In this document: piece after piece, positions 30,143 through 45,518 of the stretch | Position numbering within the stretch: the stretch's first letter is position 1 | Layout of the letters: every line of letters starts with the position of its first letter | Assembly (NCBI GenBank): GCA_964016885.1 | Contig: OZ024742.1 | Coordinates: 247,690,001 to 247,754,000, forward strand | DNA: 64,000 nt | Direction of reading: 5' to 3' | From: Eledone cirrhosa | Lineage: Eukaryota | Program-made: the position numbers and the translations under genes | The notes under the pieces: generated by a model | Databases searched by the model: none | What the model was told of the DNA's origin: nothing | The model's input: the letters and a program-made list of their open reading frames with translations, nothing else

Positions 30143-30702
30143 CGTTAAAGACTCACATTAATCCCCCATAATTTAATGACCTCAAGGAATAGATACCGGG
30201 TCCTTTATGAGACAGTATATAGAGAAAAATATACAAAGAGGTATGTGATCAATTATAGGGGATAGAATACCACCAGAGTGAAAATCATGTTGTTTACGAA
30301 GAGAATGGAGAATATATATCAATTAAAAGAATAAATGAAAATGTACAGACCATTCGTTTATAACTATCTCTCTTGGCCATGCTGTAATCATGTTTCGCCA
30401 CAAATAAATGTAGAATCATACCATTGACGGCTTATCAATAGGAGGGTCAAACAATACGATCCACACTTCTAAAAATATATCAGACAACTAGCAAACGTAC
30501 ATAGTGTAAAGAGAGAACATGGGCACTAAACAGCACATGGTGGTGTGAATGGACCAAAAGACCGGTAAAAATAGCAGTCAAGAACCAATCAGCTAGAAGG
30601 AGCTCTACTTACAGACAGGAATGAATCAGAAGCCAATATTTTAAATTCAAAATCGGAGTTAAAGACTCACGTTAATCCCCCTATTTTTGTATTTTCTTTG
30701 TA

Positions 30703-30705
<3 letters not shown>
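30143..30705 (-). mobile_element. Element with short direct terminal repeats and a degenerate hammerhead-like core
   Basis: GTTAAAGACTCAC(A/G)TTAATCCCCC at 30143 and 30658; minus-strand TTGATAAGCC...TGTGGCGAAAC at about 30392-30438, resembling 10472-10516. Confidence 0.5.
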
Positions 30706-30780
<75 letters not shown>

Positions 30781-31030
30781 GTGTGCGTGCGTGTATGTAT
30801 GTACGTATGTGGAAAATACAAGTATATAAAAGTGAAAGAGACAGTGTTTGAGAGATAAATGAGTGTTTATTATAATCCATGCTTCTAGATATTGATAACA
30901 ACATACTCTAGTCTATAGACACGTCTATCATTTCTGAAGCTGTTGTTCGTACATATATCACACAAGCACATATGTACACATCAACAAACACACCCACAAC
31001 ACACAATCTCTTTCGCTCTGTCAGGCACAC

Positions 31031-31073
<43 letters not shown>

Positions 31074-31417
31074 CGTATATATGTATGTGTGTGTGTGTGA
31101 GTGTGGGCATACATATAACTAGAATAATGAAACACTAATAAAGATATGTACATAATCCAGGTAAGAGACCAAGCCATAGAAAAAAATAGAAAAAAATAGT
31201 AATATACTGAGCAGAAACAACGCGTAAATATTACATTCATTACTCTTATAGCACAAGAAGAATAGAACATATAAAATATCTTACAGGAATCATCTTGAGA
31301 AAACCCACAGACCTTCAATCTCAATTCTACTTTTGAAAAGAATAAGAACTATAAAACCGGTAAAGGAGAAATAAGTATTCTTAAAAAGACTCCAGTTGCA
31401 TTTGTTCGATTTCTTTG

Positions 31418-31444
<27 letters not shown>

Positions 31445-31448
<4 letters not shown>

Positions 31449-31715
31449 AGTATGTATGTATACGTACATACGTATATGTATACAGACGTACAGTAGTATG
31501 TATATTTATACATACATACACACATATATATATGCACGTATCGGTTTACCGAACATTTAATATAATGCTCGGTTTGTTTGTTTTTAAACAAACAAACAGC
31601 CCGAATTACGCCGTACAGTGTTTAGGCAACCACGTCATCTTTTTGTTCAACACTGACACAGGAACGGTGTACTAGTTTCAAGCTTATTAGCTATCGTCAG
31701 CATCGTATACCTGCC
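31445..31715 (-). mobile_element. Second copy of the 5880-6165 hammerhead-bearing repeat
   Basis: AGGCAACCACGTC...GTACTAGTTTCAAGCTTATTAGCTATCGTCAGCA; core at 31675-31700. Confidence 0.7.
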
Positions 31716-31884
31716 TGCCAGATGGTTGAACGTCTGAAAGTATATACTTTCCTTATGCATATTAACAGCTGAGCAGCCTCAATTGCATATCGAGTGAGTT
31801 TAGTCGGCTGGGCGCACCGAAAACTTACATTTAAGTAACTGCCGTACTAAGAGTGAGAAATGAAATTTCGTTTCATTCTATTCC

Positions 31885-31990
<106 letters not shown>

Positions 31991-32034
31991 GAAAAGAAAT
32001 TAAAAGTGCAGCTGGAGTCTTTTATATATATATG

Positions 32035-32230
32035 GTTAATATAGAAATGGCTTCTACAGGACTGGAACTGTTTCATTTGAAGGAAATCATCAGGAAAGCA
32101 TGATGATTTCCTTCGAATGAAGAAGTTTTAGTCCTGTAGAAACCATTTCTAATTTCTATATTAAATATTTATACTCTTCTATGTATTGAGTACCTTACTT
32201 ACTGTGGTTACCCCCTATTGAAACCGCGCT
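32035..32230. mobile_element. Family C fold-back element with hammerhead-like core
   Basis: TAGAAATGGCTTCTACAGGACT...GAAGGAAATCATCA vs TGATGATTTCCTTC...AGTCCTGTAGAAACCATTTCTA; minus-strand CTGATGA-TTTCCTTCAAAT-GAAAC at 32070-32093; homologous to 59280-59460. Confidence 0.75.
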
Positions 32231-32235
32231 ACACT

Positions 32236-32276
<41 letters not shown>

Positions 32277-32333
32277 GTATATAGTAATAATAAATACAAT
32301 GATCAAAATCCGAAGAGGGTTCGATAAGGATTG

Positions 32334-32443
<110 letters not shown>

Positions 32444-33247
32444 CATAAATATATATAAATATATATATATATAAAAGCTTGTATAAAACGTAGAGCAGAT
32501 ATTTATTATTAGAACAGAGTTAAGTTTAAGCAAAGAACTAAATGCATTTAAACTGAACAGAGCTGAACAGAAATTATTGAATATTAAACATTTAAAACTA
32601 ATGATAGCTTTCTAAAAAAATAATGAATGAAATACAAACACAGACACCTTAAGAAGCTTCTACGGGAAAATAAGATTTTCTCGGATTTTCCTGTTCCCGA
32701 ATCAAATAAACACATAGACATATTCTGTTAACGTGTAACGCAGCAGAACCTGTCACAGGGTCAGTCCTTCAGCGTCAAAGTAAACGAACCGACTACGGGC
32801 GATTTGTGCGGTGGGTCCTATTTAGGCACTTATGAGAATGAAAAACTAAAACAAAACCTGTCAAATGACCACGGAACTCATGAAAATCAACGGCAGTCGA
32901 ATATTCAAAACAACCGGTAGACATTGATCGTTACACTTGGTTACCGGTCTGTCTACAAGAAATATTACTCTGATTTGAAAAGTAGGTTTGATAGGACTCC
33001 TTTGTTACTTGGGTGACAACATTTCAATTGCCTAACGGCTCCATTCATGTGATGAAGGTGGGGGTAAGTGTGCTGAAACTCGTTAGCCAGCTTCTGCGTA
33101 ATGGTCGGACAAAGATGCAGGACCCACCGATGAGACGTTTTCTCCGATGAGAACAATGTACATATAGATCTCCATGATGCTGCAACATCAGTAATGAGGT
33201 CGAGCTGAAACCACTCGGAATATATAGAAGGCGAGAAGATTATGACC

Positions 33248-33467
<220 letters not shown>

Positions 33468-33852
33468 TAAGTGTGTGTGTGTGTGCGAGTTTGTACTTGT
33501 TTTATAAGATGCTGAGTCATCAGCGTTGTGTATGTATCACTCCAATCTAGAAGGCAATTATGTTCAAGCATTCAACTTCAGGCTTTTCCTTCCAAATAGG
33601 ACTTGGTAGCCAATTTCATAGTATACGTGGAGGGAGACCTAATACCACAAAATATTGAATTTGTATGTGTTCTTGTCGATAGCCTGAGGTAAAGTAGAAA
33701 TGTTACATACAAAATTATTACTTCAAATGCAGTCTGATGAAGTCTTGTTGGAGTTTGCGTGATGACAGAATTACATAATCACTAACGCCACAGAAATATG
33801 TATTATGGCAGATTATGAATAAAATGAATTATGAGTATCGTAATTATCATTA

Positions 33853-34782
33853 TCTATATATATAAAACTGAGGATGTCTGTCTGTGTGTTTGTGAGTTTG
33901 AATCCCTAAAACTCGAGAACCACCCAACCGACTGTTTTCAAACTTTACACGTGTAATACTTATGTTTTAGGCAGTGTTCCGAGCAAAATAATTTCAAATT
34001 TTCAATACCCTAGGGACCACATTAGGCAATTTAGCGATCCATCTCTCTATAATTCTTAGTCTTTCTCTTTTTAGATAGATACATACATATAACGTCGCGC
34101 CCTTATGATATCTGTCTGTATGTCTCACTGTCTGCATTACGTCTCTTTCCTGAGGATGTCTGTGTGTGTCTGTGTGTCTGTGAGTTTGAATCCCTAAAAC
34201 TCGAGAAGTACCCAACCGATCTTTTTCAAACTTTACATGTGTATTACTTATGTTTCAGGGAGTGTTAGGCAAATAAAAAAACTCAACTTTTTGACATGAT
34301 AGGGCCTGTATTAGGTGAAAAATTGCGTTTTTAAAGCTTTTTAGGGGTTTCTTGAGGCGTTACGTCAGACCGATTTCCTTGAAATTGTAACTATGTATTA
34401 GGCAGTCTCTTCTTCATACCAGGAGAAAAGAAAATCCAACTTGTTTATGGCCTAGGGCTCGGATTAGGTGAAAAACTTCATTTTTTCCAGCTTTTTAGGG
34501 CTTTTTGGAGGCGTTACGTCTAGCCGATTCTCCCAAAATTTCAAGGCATATTATGCACATAAAAAAAAATTCATTTTCTTGATCCCCTAGGGCCCGCATT
34601 AGGTGAAAACCTGCATTTTTCCTGCTTCATCGAGGAAAATCTTAAAGATTATCCAGCCATCAGAGTATTCGGTTTATTTTTTTTACATATTGTCCAGGCA
34701 TGTAGTTTTTCCACGATTAGGTTTGTTGGCGGCCCGGGTTCCAAAATACCTTATCTTGTGCAACGCCGGGTACAACTGCTAG
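33853..34782 (+). mobile_element. Non-autonomous Helitron
   Basis: A|TCTATATATATAAAACTG 5' end and GTGCAACGCCGGGTACAACTGCTAG|T 3' end; internal duplication (about 33867-33965 vs 34150-34258) and CTAGGGC..ATTAGGTGAAAA subrepeats. Confidence 0.82.
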
Positions 34783-35117
34783 TATATATATATATATATA
34801 TATGATAGTTCGTGCCTATTCTATGGACTAAATATATACGTCTACTAATATTTACCTCCTCCTTTCTCTATGTATTTGTAACTGTGAAGGAAAGCGAATA
34901 TGTGCGCGTTTCACTGGCGTTGAATATGTTTGTCAGCGTGTGTATGTGTATGTATATTTCTATGCATGCATGTATGTACGTATGCATGTATATATATATA
35001 TGTATGTATGTATGTATCTATATATGTATGTATGTATGCATATATGTATGTTTACATGTATGTATGTATGTATGCATATGTGTATGTATGCATTTATGGA
35101 TGTCGTTATATAGGTAT

Positions 35118-35160
<43 letters not shown>

Positions 35161-35594
35161 CATATATATGTGTGTGTGTGTACGTACATCTACAACGCAT
35201 ATATCGTGGCAGGAGGATGTTAAAATAATAGCTCTTTATTTATACCAACTATCTCTAAATACTCTCAATAGTTATACAAGATCAACCAACACTAATCCTA
35301 TTAACGTCACTAGTCAATGTGATAATATTTTTTCAAGTCGCAAATTGTTACACATGAGTTAACAAATAGAGAGATCACTTAACATACAGATCTCTTTCTG
35401 AAAATATTGACGTGTCATGTTTCAGGTTCCTGTCAACCCATCAATAGTATCTTCAACAAGTTGGCGCGGAATTGACTGATATCCTTCAGGGATATCAGGA
35501 TATCACCTTCATTACATATATCAAGATTATATCACATATTTCTACATTCTCATAAATACACACACACACACACACGCACACACGCATATATATA

Positions 35595-36240
35595 TTGCCT
35601 CACATCTCGGAGGTTGTTTTTCGTTATTTCGTGGGCCGAAATGCGAATCTCGATTATTTTATATTTGTATTTATCTCCAGACTCTAGCTATTGACCAATT
35701 AATTTTCTTGATTTTTTAGTTGATTCTATTGACTGATGAATAGCTTATGTTAATTTTAACCCTTCTGTTGAGAACTCTATTCGATTTGTGATGTTTTTGC
35801 ATTCTTGCAAAAATATACACAACTGAATTTATTCGCCTGATATAGGGGCTGCCTCCCTTGCCGATCCCCACGTGGAGTCAGCAATAGTCAGTCCTTGTAT
35901 TAACATTGAACTAAAACCTGTTGAGAAAGTGGCTTCCTTGTTCAATCATCTTACCAGAAGCCTGACATTATTTATGTAAGCGGACGGTACTTCATTTAGG
36001 AGCCGCAGAAACACAAATACTGGATTTTACCAACCTTCCAGGGGTCCGGGTAAATTTTCAATACCCGAATTACTTGATCGTTTTTTTGGTTATGCGAATG
36101 ATTGTTTAACCATCGTCTCAGTGTGTTTGGCGTTTAACGTTTGTTATAGCTCTGGTTCATCTGAACCTTTGAGCACTTGCCTCACATCTCGGAGGTTGTT
36201 TTTCGTTATTTCGTGGGCCGAAATGCGAATCTCGATAATT
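35595..36240 (+). mobile_element. ~640-bp element with 60-bp direct terminal repeats, inside TA/CA microsatellite
   Basis: TTGCCTCACATCTCGGAGGTTGTTTTTCGTTATTTCGTGGGCCGAAATGCGAATCTCGAT at 35595-35654 and 36177-36236; related sequence at 11030-11145. Confidence 0.75.
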
Positions 36241-36252
36241 TATGTTTGTTTA

Positions 36253-36855
<603 letters not shown>

Positions 36856-36926
36856 CAACAAAGTGCCTCACATATGTATCAAGTTCCAAATATGTGTCTG
36901 AGTGTAAGTTCAGACGTCAGTGTATA

Positions 36927-36968
<42 letters not shown>

Positions 36969-37046
36969 GGTATTGAAGTTTCCGTTGAAAATTGAAAAAA
37001 GTCATAGGTCTGAAGAGTGCTCTATGTAAGTTACAGAGCTAAATTT

Positions 37047-37290
37047 AATGTATAATAAACAATACAATATAATGACCTCATTACCAGAGGTTTCCCGAAT
37101 AAGACGAATACAAGAAACGTCCGCATTCGTTCGTCAGACAAGGTAACTTAAAACAGTGAAATATTTGAAAATCTCCTCAAATGTTTTAAATTACCTTGTC
37201 TAATGAACGAATGCGGACGTTTCTTGTATTCGTCTTATTCGGGAAACCTCTTGTAATGAGGTTATTATATTGTATTGTTTATTATACATT
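37047..37290. mobile_element. Fold-back element, ~110-bp arms, with hammerhead-like core
   Basis: Arms 37047-37156 and 37181-37290; minus-strand CTGACGAACGAAT...ATTCGGGAAAC at 37090-37137; mirror copy CTAATGA...GGAAAC at 37200-37247. Confidence 0.85.
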
Positions 37291-37437
37291 ATATATATAT
37301 ATATTTATATGTATATTTTTTTCTCTAGTGTGGTCTACCCTTGGTGGTAGGGTCCGTACCGTAGATAGAACTCAATGTAATCCGATGGTGATTAATCCAG
37401 TGAAATCCGTAGAAAAGATCCGTGTTCCACTGAGTTA

Positions 37438-37766
37438 ATAGGTATTAAATTAACAACAAAGTCAAATTATTTTACCTATTCCTATCATTGTTTTACGTTC
37501 GTTTTGGAGGGTTGATCATATTGACATATTGTCTGATATATAGCAGTTATATAACTGTATACTATCAGACCTCATATACAGGTTCGATCAGACTGTCTTC
37601 TTCGCTCGAACCTATATATGAGGTCTGATAGTATATGGTTATATAACTGCTATAGATCAGGCAACATGCCAATATGATCGACCTCCGAAACGATCGTAAA
37701 ACAATGATATGATTAGGTAAAACAACTTGACTTTGTTTCTATTGTCATTGTTAATTTAAAACCTAT
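37438..37766. repeat. Fold-back element, ~150-bp arms
   Basis: TACTATCAGACCTCATATACAGGTTCGA / TCGAACCTATATATGAGGTCTGATAGTA around an ~18-nt loop; outer arms AACAAAGTCAA / TTGACTTTGTT. Confidence 0.85.
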
Positions 37767-37778
37767 ATATACATGCAT

Positions 37779-37839
<61 letters not shown>

Positions 37840-37945
37840 AGTTATGGACATCGATGTTAACAACACGTTAAAACAGTAGCATATACATGGGTAGAAAAGC
37901 ACATCTCGGTTCATCTCAAGAAAACATGATTGGTGGTTATTATAT

Positions 37946-38247
37946 AACTTTCATCCTTACGGGGTCGATAAAATAAAGTACCAGTAATGCACTGGGTAAT
38001 TGCTGGCCTTGTGCCTAAAGTAGAAACAATTATATAACTAACTATTATATAACTAGGGCGGTGGATTGGCAGTATCGGTAGAGGGTCGGACGCGATGCTT
38101 TGACGTATAGAGTTACGGCCCTTTCCATTCTGAGTTCAAATCCCACCGAGGTTAACTTTGCCTTTCATCCTTACGGGGTCGATAAAATAAAGTACCAGTA
38201 ATACACTGGGATAATTGCTGGCCCTGTGCCAAAAATAGAAACAATTA
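37946..38247 (+). mobile_element. SINE S1 pair (truncated 37946-38031, full length 38057-38247)
   Basis: Full copy GGCGGTGGATTGGCAGTATCGG...AGAAACAATT flanked by TTATATAACTA direct repeats. Confidence 0.88.
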
Positions 38248-38809
38248 TATAACTAACTTTGCATTTTAAAATACGTATAATGGAATTAGTTAATAAAATG
38301 AAGATGTATGAATAAAATCGTCTCTTTTATTTATTACATATATATATCGGCTACCTACAACAGCAAAGTAACCCATGAGTTCTCATTTTCTTTATTTCGC
38401 CATCAGTCAAGGAGACACTGCACAATGCTAAGGTCACAGTAACTGCTCTGTTTAAATCATAATTAAAAAAAGGACAAAAATCAAAAGCAATTCCTTTTTA
38501 GAATTTACAAAATCTACCCGGATCAATATCATTGATTATTACTGTATTCTCTCTTATTGCAGTTATACACTACTTCCATCGCTCTGTCACACTCTCTCCC
38601 TCTCTATCTTTTTTCAATCTTTCTCTCTCTTTCTCTCTCCCTCTTCCTTTCTTTATCTCCACCCGTCATATGCTCTCTATCGTGTCATTATGTTTAGATT
38701 GCTATACTTGATATCACATAAACATATCTATCATAATCAATTAATTCAAACATATATATCCATACATACAGACACACACACGCACACATATATATATATA
38801 TATATATAT

Positions 38810-38941
38810 TAATAAATATATTCTACCATACTATTTGATTATAATATTATAATAATTTTAAAGGATTGTAAATAAAACGAGCAAATCATAAATTCCTTTT
38901 ATTAAGATAATCTTCTATACACAATCATACACACTCGTGTA

Positions 38942-38942
<1 letters not shown>
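38810..38942 (+). mobile_element. Family B terminal fragment
   Basis: ATTCTACCATACTATTT...TCTTCTATACACAATCATACACAC, the reverse complement of 3890-4025. Confidence 0.75.
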
Positions 38943-39013
<71 letters not shown>

Positions 39014-39100
39014 TATGTATATATATACACACACACACACATATATATATATATATGTATTTATGCGTGTGTATGAGTGTGTGTGTGTGTGTGAGTGTGT

Positions 39101-39162
<62 letters not shown>

Positions 39163-40403
39163 CTTCATTATGCTCTGAAAACCTTTTTAACCCACCATTT
39201 ATGTAGTACATTCGTAATTAGAATAATAAAATGTATTTAGATATACGTTGCACTCTGAGAATTTGATATCTCCACATACTTATCTAATTTAGATTTAATA
39301 TTGACAATACAATCATTAATGTCAGTATGTATATATGTATGTATGCATGTATAAAACTATGTATGTATTATGTGTGTGTGTATGTATGTATTTATGTATG
39401 TATGTATGTGTGTTTGTATGTGTGCATGTATGTACGTATGTATGTGTGTATGTCTGTCTCTATGTTCGGATGTATGTATGTATGTATGTATGTATGTATG
39501 TATGCATGTATGTATGTATGTATGTATGCATGTATGTATGTATGTGCGTATGTAAGTATAATTTTCTCACTTATAGAATAACATAATTAAAAATTACCAA
39601 ATAAAAGATACAATAAACTTACTATATTTTCCATACTTCTCTTCCAATCTACAAAAAGTAGCTGAACCCATATGTATCGATCATTGAATTAGTTATTCAA
39701 TTGTAAATATTAAACTACACTTGTCCAATGAATCAGTCTAGAATATTTTTAAGCGATGTTTCTTCGTTCTGTTATATTGAAGAATTTCATAAAGACAACA
39801 ACATATAAACAAAACAATCAACCCAACCGAAATCCGATTTAATAAAGTACAAATAATTTGTAGATGCCATTTTTGAATTCTATTCAAGTATGTCAAGGAA
39901 TTATATTCTAATTCGCAGAGATCTTCCGAATCGTTCAACTGTTCCGTTACTAATGTAAGCGCCAATATGTCTACGAGTTGTGAGTGACACTAAAATATAA
40001 ATTTCTGTAACCTTTAACTGTATCTAGAGTCTCCAAGTCAGCATCGAAGAAGGGAAGGCGTGTGTGCTGCGTGTAGAAGGCTAAAGTGTCGTTTGTGGAG
40101 ATTATTAATAAACGAGAGATGATGAAGTTAAATTAGACACGTACGGACAACAAACACACATATACGCAGACAAACCACATTCACATATAAATGACACACA
40201 CAAACAAGCACATATATGCACACATATACACGCAGAAACACATCTAAATACCCCCTCCTCCTCTCGCTCACTCTCTCATATGAAATATATATATATTTGT
40301 ATGTAGGTATATCTATCTATATATCTATCTATCGATCAAACCATATATCAATATATCTATCTATGTATGTATGTATTTATGTATGTATCTATCTATCTCC
40401 CTC

Positions 40404-40450
<47 letters not shown>

Positions 40451-40452
<2 letters not shown>

Positions 40453-40637
40453 ACAAAAGGAGTGTGGTAAGGAACCAGATGGACCATAACGCATCAGAGT
40501 ACTCAATACTTTGGGTAGTAGAGTGGGTAATAGGAAATGTTCAAGACCCCGACGACAGAGCTCAAGCAGTTTCGACGGCTATTTCTGGACGTCGAAATGT
40601 CTTGAGCTCTGCCGTTGGTCGGGGTCTTGAACATTTA

Positions 40638-40641
<4 letters not shown>
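40451..40641 (-). mobile_element. Family A fold-back element, opposite orientation
   Basis: GTGGTAAGGAACCAGATGGACCATAACGCA...GAGCTCAAGCAGTTTCGACG / CGTCGAAATGTCTTGAGCTC; (TA)n flanks. Confidence 0.85.
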
Positions 40642-40698
<57 letters not shown>

Positions 40699-40736
40699 GA
40701 AATAGCGACAGAGTGAGGGGTAGAGAGAAGGAGCTG

Positions 40737-40883
<147 letters not shown>

Positions 40884-41333
40884 CATATGAAACAGAGAAA
40901 GAGAGAGGGGTAGAGAGAAAGAGAGAGAGATGGAGAGAAAGATATAGATGGTGTTATGTAAAGTATATATAAGCTGTGTGCTTTTTATGGAGAACAACTT
41001 GTGTGTATAGGTTGTTACATGGGAGACATCCAATAAGTAGAGAAGAGAAGAATGATATGCACCAATGTTACATCTACTCCCATGATGTTGCAGCTGTTGT
41101 GTATTTTGTTACTGCTGTTGTTGTTGTTATCATTATTACATTAGCTAAGTTTTATAGCTTCATCATGCTATTTACTGGTCGCTTCACTGCACTCTCTCTC
41201 TATCTCTCCCCTTCTCTCTTTCTCTCTCTCTCTCTTTCTCTCCCCCTCTCTCTCTCTCTATGCACCTCTCTCGCCCTATATGTATGTGTGAGTGTGTATG
41301 AGTTTGTGTGTGTAGCTATATCTATATCGATCA

Positions 41334-41384
<51 letters not shown>

Positions 41385-41934
41385 CTCTCACTCTCTCTCC
41401 GTCTATTTACCTGCGATGTCACTCTGTATCTCTCTTACCCTTTCTATCTCTCTCTGTCTCTCTCCCTATATATATATATATACATACATACATGTGTTTT
41501 GGCGTTTGCTTATTAATTTGCATATATGTATATGTACAAATATATTTCACATACACACATATATATATTACTGTCATTCATAAGTTTCTTAGTTGTATTT
41601 CTCTACTTCATATAAAGTGACCATCCATTTTATAAACATTTGAAATATGATATGAAGAATATTGTTGCTGCTTTTAGCAGAGCGAGTGACCGAATACAGG
41701 CTGCACAGATTCTATTAATCACAATGTAGTTATTTTAATGAAGTGTGGCCTTCACATAGAAAGGCATGGGTACTTCAGAGCCTCATTCTCAAACTTTGAA
41801 ACAACAGGTTATGATTATAAGCTAATGTGGTAGCTCTATATTCTAGATATAGTAGCCATATTGCTCTCAAATGTCAACTTACCATCTCAAAATAAGTACA
41901 GTTTGCAATATGTAGTTATAAAGATTTTAACAGT

Positions 41935-42170
41935 GGAGAAATAAGCGAGGTGAGATGGAATGGCGCTTCCAGAGCATCTCCCTTACCATCCTCCTGGGAA
42001 ACGCCTTCTCCATTCTGTCTGCCGGGGCTGTGGGGAGGCCACCACGTGAGAACCCATTTGCTCACCATATAGAGAGATGGGGAGGGCGAGAGACAGATGG
42101 AGGCGATGACAGTGGGAGTTCGGCTCTTCCACGTTCGGACCATAACTGGTTGTGTTTATTATCTATATAG
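41935..42170 (+). mobile_element. Possible 3' end of a CRE-like (restriction-like endonuclease) non-LTR retrotransposon
   Basis: EISEVRWNG/MEWRFQSISLTILLGNAFSILSAG resembles the C-terminal QRISLAIxRGNAxSI motif of CRE-clade ORFs; local GC-rich island. Confidence 0.45.
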
Positions 42171-43044
42171 GAAATTATTTATTTCCCAAGATCTATCTAA
42201 CTATTGTCCGATCTATTTATTCAAGTCATTGACTGCCCAGTCAGCCACCGACTGGCCAATCACTACAATAGTTCATAACGGGCTTAACCCTAATCTTCAC
42301 AACGATGAATAGTAAATAAAATATTTCCCATGGTGCTCACTACCAGATAAGCTTTTCAGTCCCTCGATCAGTGTTGATCTGTGACCTAGAAACAACAATG
42401 TCAACTAACCAAAGATAACAAATTCTTTACTTGTCCTAATAAATCGTGAAAAATTGTTTTGATTATATTTGTATCCTAGGATTAAGGTTCTACCCTCCCT
42501 TCAGAGCAATCCAATTATTCCCCATTAGACCAACTCTTCAAAGTTACATAAATGTATATTGCTAATTCTTTTTTTTCAATATTTCCGTCAACATAGCTTT
42601 TTCATGAAGTAAAGTAATAAAACAAGTTTAACAAAAAAAAAATGCTCGAAGCTACCTTGCATGAAAGCAATCATTTGTCGGGAAATTGAGAAATAACAGT
42701 TCCACTCAGACATTTTCGGTCTCTACATGCTTCGATCTATCGATGAATAATGATTTTGAAAATGTATTGATATGGCTTTTTAAAATTAATCCTTATAACC
42801 ATTTTTGCAATACTTCAAACATATTTCATCATTTTTTTACCATAATTAAGTCATTTGTTAAATTCTTTATATTCCAGTCAGTATTATATCTGCAGTTCCT
42901 TTAAATATTCCCCGGGGACCGTCTCTACTCTGGTTTAATACAATGAGCATTGAAAAAAGAGAGATAAAGAGAGACAGAGAAAGAGAGGGACTACTATCAT
43001 AGTAGCTTATTCTGAGGAACGAAAAAGAAGTTCAGTGAGACGAT

Positions 43045-43140
<96 letters not shown>

Positions 43141-43163
43141 AAGCGGCTGGAAGAGGGAGAACG

Positions 43164-43220
<57 letters not shown>

Positions 43221-43590
43221 GAGAATCAGAGAAAAGCTCATTCTGTTGAGATCAGAGAAGGTCGGTCAATTTGTAATGTAGAGCTCAGTAGTGGTAGAGA
43301 TATAAGGGGAGGCACAGTTCAGCATCATCACAACAACCATGTCATGGCATATATCCCACCACACACCATAAATACAACTAATAACCGTATCTTGAGTAGT
43401 TTGGAGTTCAAGAACCAAATAATTTTATTCCATTTCCGAACAAAACATCGTTTTAAAACAAAATGTAACATCATAAAATATATTTTAAAACAACAAAAAT
43501 AAAATTTAACAAGAAAAAAAATTAATTTGAAGAATCATTCATTAAAACTCTTTTGGAAAAAATTCAGTTAAGTCAATACAGGAATGGTTT

Positions 43591-43666
<76 letters not shown>

Positions 43667-43726
43667 CAGTAGTAGTAGTAGTATTAGTATTATTATTAGT
43701 AGTAATAGTAGTAGTAGTAGTAGTTT

Positions 43727-43773
<47 letters not shown>

Positions 43774-43776
43774 TCA

Positions 43777-43807
<31 letters not shown>

Positions 43808-44458
43808 TTGCTAATTGACAATCTTTCTCAATCCTGGTTCGATTTGTAAATAGCTATTTAGATTATTTATTTATTAATTATTGTTATTATTATTGGTAGT
43901 AGTATTAATAGCATTAGCTCATTTTATTGATGTGGTTTTTGTTGCTGTTGTTGTCATCATTGTTGTCATCATCGTTGTTATTGTCATCGCTGTCATTGTT
44001 GTTGTATGCAGTTGTTATAGTTGTAGTTGTTGTAGCTGTGTAGATTCCTCGTCAATAATTTTCCATCTGGATGCAGTTTCGCTTTCTCACTCATTCACTT
44101 TCCCTTTTCTTTTCTCTCTCTAAATGTCTCTCTCTCTCTCTCGATCTCTCCAATCTCTCCCAGTCTCTGCCACCTTTCTCCCTCTTCCTCCCTCTCTCTC
44201 AATCCCTCTCTCTCTCTTCAATCTCACTCTCTCAATTTCTCTCTCTCTCTCTCTCTCAATCTGTCCCTCTCTTCCATCTCTCCCACATCTCTCTCAACCT
44301 TCCACTTTCTATCTCCTTTTCTCCTCCTTTCTTTCGTTCTCAATGTCTCTCCCCGTCTCTACCACCTTTCCCTCTTCCTCCCTCTCTCACAAACTATCTC
44401 TCTCCTCTCTATCTCTCTCTTTCTCTCTCTGTCTCACTCTCTCTGTCTCTCTCTATCT

Positions 44459-44518
<60 letters not shown>

Positions 44519-45030
44519 CCAATCTGTACCACTTTCATCCCTCTCCCTTCATTATTCTATCTCTCCTCCCACCCTCTCCAGTTATCTCTACATATATTAC
44601 TGTTTTTTATCTGTTACTATTAAATTAATATATTTCTTTGAAAAATGTTTCCTTTCTTTCGTCTTTATTATCAATAATTCATTATTAACGTTATTGTGGT
44701 GGTAATGGTGGTGGTGGTGGTAGTGGTAGTGGTGGTTGTAGTTGTGGTAGTGGTGATGGTAATGGTGGTGCTGGTGGTGGTGGCGGTGGTAGTGATGGTA
44801 ATGGTGGTAGTAGTGGTAGTGGAGGTAGTGGTGGTGGGGGCGGTGGTAGTGGTGGTGGTTGGTGGTGGTGGTGGTGGTGGAGAAGGTGGCGGTAGTAGTG
44901 GTGGTGGTTGGTGGTGGTGGTTGTGGTGTAGGAGGTGGTGGTGGCAGTGGCTGTGGTAGTGGTGGTTGTGGTGGAGGAAGTGGTGGTAGCAGTGGTTGTA
45001 GTAGTGATGGTAGTGGTGGTTATTGTTACA

Positions 45031-45061
<31 letters not shown>

Positions 45062-45292
45062 CTTCTTCTTCTTCTTCTTCTTCTTCTTCTTCTTCTTCTT
45101 CTTCTTCTTGATGACGATGTTGTTGCTGCATATCAGTTATTATTAATAGGTTAACTTTGCCTTTCATCCTTACGGGGTCGATAAAATAAAGTACCAGTAA
45201 TGTACTGGTTAATTGCTGGCCTTGTGCCAAAAGTAGAAACAATTATTAATATTGCCGCTCCTGTTGCTGGTACAACAACAACAACAACAGCA

Positions 45293-45353
<61 letters not shown>

Positions 45354-45518
45354 TTGCTGCTGCTGCTGTTACTACTACTACTACTACTACTACTATTGCT
45401 GCTGCTGCTGTTACTACTACTACTACTACTAGTACCACTAATACTAATACAACTGCTGCTGCTGCTCCTGCTACTACTACTACTACTACTACTACTACAA
45501 CTGCTACTACTGTTGCTG

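Noticed and set aside
38057-38150. tRNA gene (A and B boxes)
   Set aside because: Box spacing is extended, no cloverleaf forms, and it continues into the SINE body; it is a SINE head
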